NCBI GenBank assembly: GCA_004554705.1
Contig: SFKS01000002.1
Location: 29,942 to 93,941, forward strand
DNA length: 64,000 bases
Direction: 5' to 3'
Source of the DNA: Clostridiales bacterium
GTDB taxonomy: Bacteria > Bacillota > Clostridia > TANB77 > CAG-508
The stretch's first letter is position 1. Every line of letters begins with the position of its first letter. The translations under genes and the position numbers were made by a program. Of this stretch, positions 8,864 through 21,000 are shown one piece after another. A model generated the notes under the pieces. The model was not told the DNA's origin, did not search any database, and worked only from the letters and a program-made list of their open reading frames with translations.

Positions 8864-8915
8864 GAATAGTTTTCTTTTTTTTTAATATTTTTTTTAATAA
8901 GGAGGTAAGAATATA

Positions 8916-10076
8916 ATGGCAGAATCTAGTTATATATCATCATTAATGTTGTTAGATGAGAATAAAATTCTTGCGGATTTAAATAAAATAGCTATTGAAT
9001 TGGGTTTAATAAGAAAAATTAACGAAACCTCTCGTATTTATGTTTACTATGCTGTTTTTGCAAGGGTTTTCGGAACTCTAACTCAAACTATAGCTCAATA
9101 CTTAAATGCTATTGATATTGAAACAACAACAGACGAAGCACTATTAGAACAATTAATTAAACCTTTTGTGAAAAAACAAAACGCTAAAGTAGCAAAAGTT
9201 ATTCTCGAGTTCTCAAGAAGAAACAATGATGATAATGCTGTAGATGTATTTATTCCCAGAAATTTCGAGGTAATGACAGAGGGAAGTAACCCTATTATTT
9301 TCAGAACAGCTGAATCTAAAATCTTATGGAAAGACTCATATAAGATAAAAGTTCCTGCTTACAGTGTTGAATTTGGAAGTTTAAATAATTTAGCTGCTAA
9401 CACATTAACATATTTTAATGATTCTCATTTTAGCAGTGTATCCGTAACAAACCCAGAACCAGCATATGGTGGGAGAAACGAAGAAACTGCTTTTGACACC
9501 AGAAACAGATTATCTACATTCCGTTATGGTAGAGATGGGTCTAAAAACCATATTATGAATATCTTATATGACAATGGAATTGGATATTATAATTTTAATG
9601 TGGTAGAATACTGGGATGGATTTGGAAGTGTTTTAATAGCTATTGATGTTGATTCTGAACAAGAATATTATGATGTCATCAATATGGTTGAAGCTAGTAA
9701 AGTAGCTGGAATTAAATATCATTATTGTAGAGTAAATTATGTTTATGCTGATTTAACAGTTACAGCTAAAGTAACTGGAGACAGAATGTATAGTGAATAT
9801 GATTTAAACGACATTGAACAAACCATTAAAACAGCAGTTGAAGTGTATTTCGGAAAGCAAATTTATGTTGGTAGGCAATTATCAGTTAAAAGGTTAGAGG
9901 CTTTTGTTTTACAGTATCTGGTTGATGAGACTTATGATGTTTATGAAATGGATATTGAAGTAGGGGCTAATAAAGATTTAAACATCGACCCTGAAACTGG
10001 GTATTTTATTGTTAATGAATTTGAAAAATTATTACCAAATAAAATCACTACTATGGTAGAGTATAATTTTGAATAA
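8916..10076 (+). CDS. baseplate J-like protein
   Basis: 386-aa ORF with an AAGGAGGT SD. It contains NPEPAYGGRNEETAFDTRNRL, matching the GG-x-x-E-x-x-x-x-R-x-R signature region of the baseplate J (gpJ/gp6) family. Gene order supports the call. Confidence 0.7.
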   Translation: MAESSYISSLMLLDENKILADLNKIAIELGLIRKINETSRIYVYYAVFARVFGTLTQTIAQYLNAIDIETTTDEALLEQLIKPFVKKQNAKVAKVILEFSRRNNDDNAVDVFIPRNFEVMTEGSNPIIFRTAESKILWKDSYKIKVPAYSVEFGSLNNLAANTLTYFNDSHFSSVSVTNPEPAYGGRNEETAFDTRNRLSTFRYGRDGSKNHIMNILYDNGIGYYNFNVVEYWDGFGSVLIAIDVDSEQEYYDVINMVEASKVAGIKYHYCRVNYVYADLTVTAKVTGDRMYSEYDLNDIEQTIKTAVEVYFGKQIYVGRQLSVKRLEAFVLQYLVDETYDVYEMDIEVGANKDLNIDPETGYFIVNEFEKLLPNKITTMVEYNFE

Positions 10077-10088
10077 GAGGTATTTTAT

Positions 10089-10529
10089 ATGAATGATGAG
10101 GTATTAGGAGATATTCAAGATATTTTATGTGATATTGGAGACGGTCCATATGTTGAAGGAGCACATGACTTTGCACAACAATGGGTAATAGAAAATGATG
10201 ATATGGTAATCATTAATGATGCAGAAGCTTTATGGGAGTGTATCACTGGGGTTTTACACACTCCGTTGGGGAAAATTGATGGTGTTGGTTTAGAGGGATA
10301 TGGAAGTGAATTGTTAACACTTAGGGGGCAAGTATTAAATTATCATATTAAAGAATTGGCTAAAGTATATATAAAGAATACTATTCCTCAGTTTAAGGGA
10401 AGAGTGAAAGATTTCCCAGTAATTAAAATTGATGAGGTTACTGATAAGATTAACAGGAGAACAAAGCTTAGGATTTTTTTGACGGTTGATTCGATTTATG
10501 GAAGATTTTCTAGGACAACGTATATTTGA
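10089..10529 (+). CDS. baseplate wedge protein, gp25/XkdS-like
   Basis: 146-aa ORF with a GAGGT SD. The pattern EALWECITGVLHTPLGK...YGSELLTLRGQ...RVKDF fits the small GPW/gp25-like baseplate protein pattern. Confidence 0.5.
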   Translation: MNDEVLGDIQDILCDIGDGPYVEGAHDFAQQWVIENDDMVIINDAEALWECITGVLHTPLGKIDGVGLEGYGSELLTLRGQVLNYHIKELAKVYIKNTIPQFKGRVKDFPVIKIDEVTDKINRRTKLRIFLTVDSIYGRFSRTTYI

Positions 10530-10540
10530 GGTTTAAAAAA

Positions 10541-12793
10541 ATGGCTGATTTTGATAAATATGATTATGAAATAAATAAAAGGCTTCCTGAGTGGTATAAA
10601 CATGTTAATGGGTTAGAACCTATTAATAGGTATACTCAAGAGTTATTAATTAGTATACTTGAGAGTTTTTTAAAAAATTTGGGGCTTGTTCAACCTATAC
10701 AAGTGTGGAAGACTCTTCCAGAGGAGTATAATTGGGAGCATAAATATTATAATAAAGATATATGGGTGGGGAATACAACATTAAATGAAAAAGCTGATTT
10801 GAAGATTTCAAATGATAAACCATTATTTTTAAAGATTCCTAATACTAAAAGACCTACTGATGCCGTTATTGATATACATTTTACTGGGAATAAGAATAAT
10901 CAGACTAAACCCATTAAGAAGTTGTTGATTAAGAACGCTGACCAGATGATTCTTTTCAAAAACATAACTACTAAAACTTCTATTAAAATTAATACAGATG
11001 GTAATATTTTAATAGATGGAGTAAATAAAGATGATTTAATTGATGGGAAAATCTATAAAATTAAACCTATAGCAAGAGATGACAAATATGATAATGTTTC
11101 TATAGATGATGAGAATAAAAAAACACAACTCGAGTTATATGTAGACATCCCCCCAATCACCATTAATGGACAAGATACTCCTGACGAGGTAAAAGTAGAA
11201 GCAAAAATAACCAACAAAAAACCAATATATGTAACAGAACAAAATGTCAGATTATACACAGTATCAGCATTCCCATTAAAAAGCGTTAAATTATATGGAT
11301 TTTTCTGTCATGATTTTAATAATAAACAAGAATGGAAATTATTATGGGAAAAAGAATATTCAGAGAACACCAGAACCGTCTATGATAGAATAACTAAACA
11401 ATATGATTGTGAAAGATTTTATGTACAGGTTCAATATTATGGGTTAGGACTTCCTATTAGTATTGGTTTTCCACAGGAACAATATAGTTCAGATGTTAGT
11501 TTTCAGATTAATGACAGGCTAGATTATTGGGGAGCAATATATGGACTTCCAAGAAGACATTATAAACCTCATATTACAGAAGATGAAGAGCCATATACTT
11601 TCCCGAAATATTATGCATATCCAATAGAGCAGGATTATTGGTATGAGGAAAGATTAGTGAGTGAATATCGTAGAAATATTAATGCAAAAGATATAGATTT
11701 TCTGAAAGATTCAGAAGATAACAATATAGCTTTAATGAAAAATATTGACCCGTATTTAAATGATGTATGGATATATACAGAAACAATTACTCCAACTATT
11801 GATATGAGCGCAGAAACAAAAGGAATTCTCCCATGTAGTGTTAAACAAGATGAAACTACAGATGGAGTGAGTTGGAAGAATGAGCAGAGAGTTGGGGATA
11901 CTCAATTATTAACTAGTGATTTGCATTTAGAGCCACAAAATGCTAAAAATTATAATAATCGTAGTTTTATGGGGAAAGTTTTGCAATTGAAATTTAAAGT
12001 TCCAGAGCTTCCTAAAGATATTGAGATTACCGGTTTAGAGTTAAAACTTAAGGGAGTAACTGATTTACATTCTGATACTATAATTTTGGATAATAGGTCA
12101 AATTTTAAACTCCCATTCAAATATGAAAAAGCTAATGGAGATAAGTTTGTTAAAAAAGAAACCTTTTTGTTGAATATGTTTGATGGTAAAGAATGGCAAA
12201 AAGGACAAAAATATTTTACATTCGGAGGGAAGAATAATCTATTAGGTTTGGATAAAATAGAAAGATATCAATTAGAGGACCCTATCGAATTCAATATTGG
12301 TTTAACGAATCAAAGTAACTTTTTAATGGCTAATATATCGTTATATAATATTAAGTTATATGTATACTATAAAACTTTAACAGAGGAATTTACAATAAGT
12401 GAAAAATTAAGTAACAGAAAAATGTTTTTATATGATGATAATGATAACCCAAACATTACTATAAATCAGGAAACAAATAAACCCGTATATAATGAATCTG
12501 CTTATTGTGATATTGTATTAACATTAGAAAATACTGGGGTTGTTCCAGTTACAGATAAGACTGTTTATATTGTCCCACCTTATGAATTAGAGGTTTTAAA
12601 TGGAAATGATAGTTTTTCATTTGATTTAGATGTTGGAGAAAAATTAATTATTGGTAATGATGATAGTACAAGAATAAGAGTAGTTCCGAGAGATAAGTTA
12701 AATACTCCGACCGGTTTATTTGATGTTCTTATATTTTGTGATGATAAGGTGTTAAAAAATGAGATTATATTGAGGAGGAAAAATAAATGGTAA
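10541..12793 (+). CDS. baseplate/tail protein, gpI/XkdU-like N-terminus fused to a large beta-rich C-terminal region (CARDB-like end)
   Basis: ATG 10541 is preceded by a GAGGT SD; the ORF-track TTG 10526 overlaps the upstream stop. Motifs are RLPEWYK...LDYWGAIYGLPRR and a C-terminal LENTGVVPVTDKTVYIVPP beta-sandwich-like segment. Confidence 0.6.
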   Translation: MADFDKYDYEINKRLPEWYKHVNGLEPINRYTQELLISILESFLKNLGLVQPIQVWKTLPEEYNWEHKYYNKDIWVGNTTLNEKADLKISNDKPLFLKIPNTKRPTDAVIDIHFTGNKNNQTKPIKKLLIKNADQMILFKNITTKTSIKINTDGNILIDGVNKDDLIDGKIYKIKPIARDDKYDNVSIDDENKKTQLELYVDIPPITINGQDTPDEVKVEAKITNKKPIYVTEQNVRLYTVSAFPLKSVKLYGFFCHDFNNKQEWKLLWEKEYSENTRTVYDRITKQYDCERFYVQVQYYGLGLPISIGFPQEQYSSDVSFQINDRLDYWGAIYGLPRRHYKPHITEDEEPYTFPKYYAYPIEQDYWYEERLVSEYRRNINAKDIDFLKDSEDNNIALMKNIDPYLNDVWIYTETITPTIDMSAETKGILPCSVKQDETTDGVSWKNEQRVGDTQLLTSDLHLEPQNAKNYNNRSFMGKVLQLKFKVPELPKDIEITGLELKLKGVTDLHSDTIILDNRSNFKLPFKYEKANGDKFVKKETFLLNMFDGKEWQKGQKYFTFGGKNNLLGLDKIERYQLEDPIEFNIGLTNQSNFLMANISLYNIKLYVYYKTLTEEFTISEKLSNRKMFLYDDNDNPNITINQETNKPVYNESAYCDIVLTLENTGVVPVTDKTVYIVPPYELEVLNGNDSFSFDLDVGEKLIIGNDDSTRIRVVPRDKLNTPTGLFDVLIFCDDKVLKNEIILRRKNKW

Positions 12794-13845
12794 GATATTT
12801 AAATACTGAAGCAAAAATTGAAATGTTAAAATCTGAATTTCATCCATTTTATATTATAAATATTGATTGTGACAGTATTGGGGAAAATGAACCTAGTGGG
12901 TCTGTAAATTTAACTATTAACATTGATGAGGTTAAAGATAAGCAATGGAAAGATTTTTATTATCATATAAAAGATTATATTAGTTATATAGAGGAGGATG
13001 GGAAAAAAATATTAACCTTTGAAAATTTACTTTTTACTGATGGGGATAATATATCAAATCTTTATAGTTATGAGTATTATAAAGGAATATTGTATATTAA
13101 AATGACTTCTTATACAAAAAAAGTAGCTATGCATGTTATTCCGAAAAGTTATTATAGTATGGATAAGGTATTGATTTTTAAGGATTCTGATGTGCAGGAT
13201 ATGAGTAAACATTTTTCGTGTACTGATGAGTTTTATAGTCGTCACGATAATAATCGTATTAATTTATATTATCAGAAAATTGATTTAGATAAACAACAAA
13301 AAGGAGATAGGAGTAGGCAAGATAGATGTCCGAATTTTGGTTTATATGATAAAACGAACCCACAGTCTTTGTTTCAAAAGATTCAGGACGGAAATTGGGT
13401 TAAAGAAAATTATAGAGATATGTATGGAGAATATATTTTTGACATTTCAACTCAAACTAAAAACATGAGGAATTTACAAATTAATACTGGATATTATTAT
13501 AATGATGCCTCCCCATACAATGCCATACATTATACAGGTGTGCAAGATGATACTAATAATGCTGTTGAGGATAAATGTGTTTTATTGGATACTAATTTCG
13601 ATGATATTCGCGATGATAATTATACAAATGTTATAAAACAAATGGAATACATAAAAGAAAATAATAGTATGAGTTGGCCGAAAACAAATAATATCATGGA
13701 AAATAAAGGATTTATAAATTCACATAGTCAAGACAAAGATATTGGAAATTTAAATCATAAAACTATAAAATATTTTAATGATGATTTATATGTAGAAGAA
13801 AAAAATAAATATATAGAAGTAAGCTGGGTTGACCAGAAATTATAA
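12787..13845 (+). CDS. virion protein of unknown function
   Basis: 352-aa ORF with an AGGAGG SD. It overlaps the preceding gene by 7 nt, consistent with translational coupling. Confidence 0.6.
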   Translation: MVRYLNTEAKIEMLKSEFHPFYIINIDCDSIGENEPSGSVNLTINIDEVKDKQWKDFYYHIKDYISYIEEDGKKILTFENLLFTDGDNISNLYSYEYYKGILYIKMTSYTKKVAMHVIPKSYYSMDKVLIFKDSDVQDMSKHFSCTDEFYSRHDNNRINLYYQKIDLDKQQKGDRSRQDRCPNFGLYDKTNPQSLFQKIQDGNWVKENYRDMYGEYIFDISTQTKNMRNLQINTGYYYNDASPYNAIHYTGVQDDTNNAVEDKCVLLDTNFDDIRDDNYTNVIKQMEYIKENNSMSWPKTNNIMENKGFINSHSQDKDIGNLNHKTIKYFNDDLYVEEKNKYIEVSWVDQKL

Positions 13846-13859
13846 GAGGTTTAAAAAAA

Positions 13860-16800
13860 ATGCAAAGACAAAAAATTACAATTTATCCATCAAAAATTGA
13901 GGATATTAATGCTAATAAAGAAATTTTAGAAATACCTAATCTTGGAAATCCTAAATGTATGAAAAGAGGATGTTGTGTTCATCCACGTGATAAAAGATAT
14001 TATCATTCATGGATGAATTTGAAAGAATTAAAAACAGGTGGTTTAGCTCAGTGTGGGTATCCGGCTACTCATAATTGTAATTATAATGTTTATTATGATA
14101 TTAAAGGATATAGGAATACATGTCCTATTGGTGGGTGTAATGGAACATTTCACACCCCAGCTTTGCTTAAATTAAGTAATTTTGATTTTAAAGAAAAAGG
14201 AATACAAAAAGGAGCTACTATACATAGTATTACTGTTAATTTTGAACATCGTTGTAATGGTGTTGATGTGGGGAATGGGAGACAACATTATAATTGGGGA
14301 CCAGATTTCTCCAGTATTAATATAAGCACCCCTCGTATATATTGCGCTAAAGGAAAAGATGTTTTAACACATGAATTTATTGGAAATAATCCTCCAGTAA
14401 GTAAGAAATTTAAAGGAACGGGAGCAATCTTAATTGGGGATAAACTGACCTCTGATAATTTATTAAGTGATGATTTTGGAATTTATATTAGATATGGGCC
14501 AAACCTTAGTACAAATCCGGGGATTCTTTTTTTAAAAGGACTTCAAATCATTATTGAGTTTACGAACATTAAACCAGCTCTTATGGGAACAGATGATAAA
14601 CAATCTGTATATGTAAATAATTCTAAACACTGTAGTTCAGTTTTAAAACAAACAGTCTTTGGAGGTTTTATTAATTTTGATGGAACTATTTCTCCGAACA
14701 CACCTCAAAATGGGTTAGGAAAATATATTAAAGTAGATGAAAAAACACTCCCTAATGGAGTTACAAAAATTGGGGAAACCTTAGTTAATGAATCATATAA
14801 AGAATTCTCTTTTAAGGATAATAGTGAGATAGTTGGAGAAAAGAGGATTAATTATTATTTAGAAAATTATCCAGAGGTAACAACTTCCGTCCCATTTGAT
14901 GGAAAAATTTTCCGCAAACCAAAAATCAAAATAGAAAAACAATACTTAAAAGATGATAAAAACCTTGAATTATATAAAGAAAAAGAAGAATATATTACAG
15001 CTTATGATGGATGTTGTGATTATCTTTATATATACTTTGATTCCGTGAAAAACACTCCAGATTTAAAACTAAATGTTATAGGGGATTCTATTGATAATAA
15101 TAATATTTTAATAGATAATAATAAAACTGATTTCACTAATATGAAAAAATGGTATAATGCTGTTGCTCAACAAGATTGTGGAACACATACAGCGTGGATT
15201 CAAAGATGTTATATTGGGAAAAATAATGAGGAAATACAAGAAGATATTTCACAGGCGATAACTGTAAATTATGAGGTTATAGGACAGCAAATTAAATTTA
15301 AAATATTTGATGAGAATAATCCAGAATTAAAATATCCCCAAAATAAAAACCCAAATGAACAATATCAAGAAATCAGTATTCAACGTATCGACAATCAACC
15401 ATTAACAAACGCTATTGTTACCATTTTTGATGAAACTAACCCACAAAAAACCATTGTTGTGGATGAATCCGGGGAAACGATTTCTTTTAAAAAACAAGAA
15501 ATAAAAAAGATAAAAATAAATAAATATTACTCCGGAAAATATCACATTAGAGTAGAAGTTCAAAATCAACAAGGATGTAAACTAACTCCAACGGAAGAGC
15601 TTATTACTATTACCCCTAATCATATACAATATCATGATAAAATAACTATTAGAGGAGAAGATAGTACCAGTTTCGATTATGAGTATCTTGTAGCATGGGA
15701 AGGAGACAATATTCATACTCCTATTAATATCAAATCAACAGAAATCGGGAGAACATTTGATGATATCCATTTATGTAGTGAAGATGCACAAACTGGTTTA
15801 TCTGAAATGGGAATAGCCATATTAAAAGTGTCAAACACAACTACAGATGAATTAAAAAATATTCGTATAGAATTAAACACATTAAAAGAAGAAGATAACG
15901 AAACTATACAAACTACTGACGAATGGGTTACAAGAAGTGGAGTTTTCTATAATTTCTATAATAATTTTAATAGTGTTAATAATGATATTATTGATATAGT
16001 AGATGTTGAAAATTTAACCCCTGATAATGATTTAACTGGAGAGGAAAATGTATATTTGCATATTAAAAAAATACCTCCTAAACAACAATTGCATATTAAA
16101 ATTCCTTTCGTTAGCACAACTGAAAAACAGGTTTTTTTACAATATTTAATTTTTGAGGAACCTCAAACTATTTACCATCTTGATTGTCAAACTCCTCGTT
16201 TAAATGATTATATTACTTTAAGTGTTTATGATTCTATTTTAACTTCGTTAGATATTACAGGGGATAATGATTTATTATTCATGGATAAAGATTCTTGTCC
16301 TCAAAAATGCTATAAACATAAAGATGGGGAGAAAAATCCTAATAAACCTTTTGATAATCCATATGCTCCTTTAACTTATACAATCATGAATATAGATTCA
16401 AGTAATTTTGATGATGGGGAGTTAGCTCCATTTGTTATCAAGAATAGTATTGAAATGAATGCTTATCGTATATTAGATAAAAATAAAAAGGTTATATATG
16501 AGAAAGATGATTCAGGAAATGAGATTTTCTCATCAGATAAAATTAAAGTAGAGAGAGGACGTTCCATACAAAAGAAAAGTTTGGAGAATCAACTTATAAC
16601 TGCTTATGTTAATTATCCACAATTAGATGAAGAAATCATAAAAGGAAGAACAGATAAAAATGGAGAAATAACTTTTTATATAAATCTTCCAGATACTTTA
16701 GGAGAGAATTATTATACTATAGAGGAGTTATTTGATAATTTTATTCATATAGAATATGCTGGGAATTTAATATATAATTCTGCTGTTATACAAGGAAATA

Positions 16801-17963
16801 TCACTCCAATTGACACAATATTGAAATATACTGATTTTGTTTATCAAGAACAAAAATATGATTACACACAAAATAATAATATAACAATTAAAAGTGGAGA
16901 CACATTCAAAATAGTTGGTATTTTCGGATATGAAGATAAAGATACTATTAAATACATATATAATCGCCCATTATATTTGTATAGGAAAATTGATGGAACA
17001 TGGAGAAAAATACAAACACTAACAACAACCATGTACACAGATGAATCATATAATTTCGAGATAACAATTAAAAACACTTCAAAGTCAGATAAAAAAATAT
17101 CTGACATTATGAAAAACATTAGCCTTGTCTCTAAACAAGACACATTATACAACCCATCTGTAATTAACTACTCTGGGGAAGAAATAACTGATGATAAAAA
17201 ACAAACAGTATTAAAATATATTGACACATGGGAAAGCTATAAAGCTGGAACTGTAGCTATTATAAAAGTAAAATTAGAAGGATATGAGGAAACCATCACT
17301 AATGAAATTCTATTTAATGCTCTCATCACCAAACCCGGTGACACAGATAGCATTACCGTCTATTACAAAATGTGTAACTTAAAAAATTATAACTGTAATA
17401 TTAAAAAAGATAATTTTGACTTCATTAATAACTGTTTGGAGAACAAAGGCATTTTCTCAACCATTTTACAAACTAATTCATATACATTAATCCCAAACCA
17501 AATTACACTCCCTGTTTATTGTGGGATTGAAAGTAATTTTGATATTATAGCAAAAATACAGTCTAAAGTAATTGAACAAAATTACATTAATGTTTTATAT
17601 ATTAATGTTAATAATAAAATAAAATATAATAAAGATGTTACTATAGATATCAATTTAGGACAAGTATTGAACAATAATATGTCATATTTGGGAGATTATA
17701 CATTTTTATCCATTGAAAACGATGATGGAGATTATGTCATTAATCAAGAATTACAAGAAAATGGAAATGAAAACATAATTGTCACTTGGAAAATAGGAGA
17801 TATGGAACCATACACATCATCAAAGGCTATAATAAAAATAAAAGCTGATGATATAGGCTTATCCGATATTAAAATAATAGGATACGATTATTTACATACA
17901 AAAGACTCTACAGAGGAAATCATAGAAGTAGGCAAATCTCCATGTCCGAAAGACTGTGGATAA
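13860..17963 (+). CDS. giant tail/adhesin-like structural protein (Cys-rich N-terminus, repeated beta-sandwich-like segments)
   Basis: 1367-aa uninterrupted ORF with a GAGGT SD. It has no competing ORF. Confidence 0.75.
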   Translation: MQRQKITIYPSKIEDINANKEILEIPNLGNPKCMKRGCCVHPRDKRYYHSWMNLKELKTGGLAQCGYPATHNCNYNVYYDIKGYRNTCPIGGCNGTFHTPALLKLSNFDFKEKGIQKGATIHSITVNFEHRCNGVDVGNGRQHYNWGPDFSSINISTPRIYCAKGKDVLTHEFIGNNPPVSKKFKGTGAILIGDKLTSDNLLSDDFGIYIRYGPNLSTNPGILFLKGLQIIIEFTNIKPALMGTDDKQSVYVNNSKHCSSVLKQTVFGGFINFDGTISPNTPQNGLGKYIKVDEKTLPNGVTKIGETLVNESYKEFSFKDNSEIVGEKRINYYLENYPEVTTSVPFDGKIFRKPKIKIEKQYLKDDKNLELYKEKEEYITAYDGCCDYLYIYFDSVKNTPDLKLNVIGDSIDNNNILIDNNKTDFTNMKKWYNAVAQQDCGTHTAWIQRCYIGKNNEEIQEDISQAITVNYEVIGQQIKFKIFDENNPELKYPQNKNPNEQYQEISIQRIDNQPLTNAIVTIFDETNPQKTIVVDESGETISFKKQEIKKIKINKYYSGKYHIRVEVQNQQGCKLTPTEELITITPNHIQYHDKITIRGEDSTSFDYEYLVAWEGDNIHTPINIKSTEIGRTFDDIHLCSEDAQTGLSEMGIAILKVSNTTTDELKNIRIELNTLKEEDNETIQTTDEWVTRSGVFYNFYNNFNSVNNDIIDIVDVENLTPDNDLTGEENVYLHIKKIPPKQQLHIKIPFVSTTEKQVFLQYLIFEEPQTIYHLDCQTPRLNDYITLSVYDSILTSLDITGDNDLLFMDKDSCPQKCYKHKDGEKNPNKPFDNPYAPLTYTIMNIDSSNFDDGELAPFVIKNSIEMNAYRILDKNKKVIYEKDDSGNEIFSSDKIKVERGRSIQKKSLENQLITAYVNYPQLDEEIIKGRTDKNGEITFYINLPDTLGENYYTIEELFDNFIHIEYAGNLIYNSAVIQGNITPIDTILKYTDFVYQEQKYDYTQNNNITIKSGDTFKIVGIFGYEDKDTIKYIYNRPLYLYRKIDGTWRKIQTLTTTMYTDESYNFEITIKNTSKSDKKISDIMKNISLVSKQDTLYNPSVINYSGEEITDDKKQTVLKYIDTWESYKAGTVAIIKVKLEGYEETITNEILFNALITKPGDTDSITVYYKMCNLKNYNCNIKKDNFDFINNCLENKGIFSTILQTNSYTLIPNQITLPVYCGIESNFDIIAKIQSKVIEQNYINVLYINVNNKIKYNKDVTIDINLGQVLNNNMSYLGDYTFLSIENDDGDYVINQELQENGNENIIVTWKIGDMEPYTSSKAIIKIKADDIGLSDIKIIGYDYLHTKDSTEEIIEVGKSPCPKDCG

Positions 17964-17972
17964 AAATATCCA
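17955..17972 (+). terminator. short hairpin overlapping the stop codon, followed by T-rich sequence
   Basis: GTGGATA-aaaa-TATCCAC at about 17955-17972, followed by ctatttcttcatttt. Confidence 0.3.
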
Positions 17973-18048
17973 CCTATTTCTTCATTTTCTAAAGGAAAGA
18001 ATATTTAAAAGAATATCCGTCGAATATTTAATCAGTGAGGTAACATGA

Positions 18049-21000
18049 ATGGCTTATTTTAAAACAGTAGACTTGTATTCGGAAATTATTAACCAGAAAA
18101 AACAATTCATCTTCGAGGTTGAACAATCCCAAGATTCTATACTTCCTAATCAATTGTACAAATATCAAATTTATTGTAAAAACATTAGTGGAACTTTAAT
18201 AAAAGATGTTAAAATTCAAATTGCAAATCCAAATTCTATAATCATCGATGAACCAGATTTAATCCCATATATAGAAATCGGAGATATGGAAGACGGGGAA
18301 TCAAAATTATTATTTGTATCCAGTAGGTGTACTACAATAGGACAACACTCTGTACACTTTATATGTTATGGACATACTACTGGAATGTTTTACAAAACAT
18401 TAACAATAAACTGTTCATATGAAAAATATGTTCCCGAATTAGAACATAAAATCCACATCTATAACTTTTCTCCATATGAAGATACATATAGATTAGAGAG
18501 TAAAAATTATAGTAATAAGGTTACTCAACTACTTAAAAAACAAAAATTACCATATAAAGCAGGAAAACAACCATTCAATATATCCTCTAACATAGATGAG
18601 GGACAATCTTTTTTAAATCAATTATCTGAATGCAAAAACACTAACGAACACGCATACCAATATTTAAGTCGAGAAAATTACACAATAAACTTATTAGAAG
18701 AATATGTTGGAGAAAACCTTTTTGAATTACTACAAGAAATCAACGAACATTCACAATATGTTAATTTCGAACCATTAAGAACTGGGACAAACGAACTCAA
18801 AAACGAATTCAAGGAATTTGAATCTAATGGATTTATTAACAAATTTGGTTTATTAAATTCAGAAATCTTCCACCATATGGGAGTTATTCCCACCTATACA
18901 TATATGTCTGATTATTTATTCAGATGGGCTCCGTCTAATGAAAACCAGTTATTAAACTTATATCCACCGATTAAAGCAATGAACTGGAATACTAAGGCTT
19001 GGGCTGGACATATTTTTGAGGTTTTAGAGCATAGTTATGATGAAAAAACTGGAACCGAGAAAACTAAATTATTGTATACTTTTAAAAATAGGCAAGACGC
19101 AGAAACATATGTGAAAAGGACAAAAGAGTATAATGCCTTGGAAAATATTGATAAGTATACATATGAGATAAAAGAAAGGTTCTGGGATACTGGAGTATTC
19201 TTTATTAATATTCCATTGAAAGATATTCCGAGTAATTTTTTTATTATAGATAATTCGGAAATTAATGCTCTTATACAGAAAGCAAAACCATATGGAGCTA
19301 AATTTTTAATCAGGTATATTGTGGATACAACTTTTGACCATAATTTAGATTTTTATTTACATAAAACATATAAACCGTATATTCCTATTGATTTAGGAGA
19401 TTATGATAAAATAACTTACTTTATACAAAGTTTAAAATACCATGAAATAGAGGAAACAAATGAATGTGGAGATATATTAAAAAGTATTAGATTAGTTCCA
19501 AGTGGTTTAAGTGCCTATAATGGTTGTAATTTTAATTACAATCTTGATTTTTACTCATCATCACCACACCCAACCATTAAAGATGTTTCAGAAAACAATA
19601 ACTCCATAGATTTAGATATTACCCCAGAATATCTTTTATCTTACCAAAAACAACCAAAATCATTAAGTAGAATTAAAGATATAGAAAAATTACTATTCGA
19701 TTATGATTTCTCAAATATTTCTTTTAAAGAAACAATCAACTTTGAAGATATTAGAAAAATCAGTAACGAAGAAGCCGAAGTTACAAACACTGGGCATAAA
19801 CTATGGATTGATAGTTTAAAGGAAAAAAATAATAACCATCATAAAACATTCAATATTGAAACAACACAAGATGGAGTAAGACTAATAGAAGAAGGGAAAG
19901 ATTTTGACCTTTTCAGAGTTTTAATCCCAGAATTATTAAGAGAAACACCAAATTTAGAATTTGGAATCTCATTAAAAGATAATACCGGAAAATTACATGG
20001 TTTAAGTGTTGAATATGATACACATGTAGGAAAATATTATATAAAGTATGTAACCTCATATAATGATAATTATATATTACAAAAAGATGGATATACAAAT
20101 CTAAAAAGTATAGGAACAAAAATCCTAAAACATGATGATTTAAACTTATTAAACACTATTGTAATGTATTTCGAGAAGGACGATAATTCTGGAGATGATT
20201 TTGTTTTTGATTACTTTAATCATATTGTTATTCCATCTCCATCAGAAATTAGTGCTTTTGTTAGAAACGCTACTAATAAGACTTATATTCTTAATTGGGA
20301 CCGTATTATCCAATATACTTCTCCATTGAACAATTTGATAACATTTAACACTCCACAATTTTTTGAAGCTAATACATATAATGAATATATAAATTTATCC
20401 AAAAAAGATACAAATTGGGTTAATTTATACAGAATGGATTCAAAAGAAAATAGTTATAGTTATATTAAAAATACTGAAAATGATATATTAGGTGTTGATG
20501 ATATTACTGTGCATTTCGAAAACTTAAATATTCCCGAATCAGCTATAATAGAAAAAATGTATCTAAAATCAATTATAGAACCTAACACTTTAAAAGAGAT
20601 TCATTGTTCTTATGGAGTCCAAAATAATTATGTTGTAAATGAAGCTCAAAAAAATATAAAAGTTTTTGAACCCAACAAAATTGATGGTTTCCATCAAAAT
20701 GAAGAAGATTCTGATAGTATTTTGTTTAAATTAGATGAAGCAACACTTAATGAAAATACTAAATTGATTGAGTTTTGGAATAAAAAATCTATCGAAAATA
20801 TTATGTTTAATGATGCATTGGACTTATCATTAGATTATCTTGATAATTATGATGATTATTTAGAAATTCGTAAACCATATTGGGTTCAGTTATCTGATTT
20901 TTCAAATATAGCTTATGATTTTAATTCATTTAAATCATTCTCTTTTATAATAGAGGGGTATAATTCTGGGTCTCCTTTAGATATGATTGTGCAATGTGCT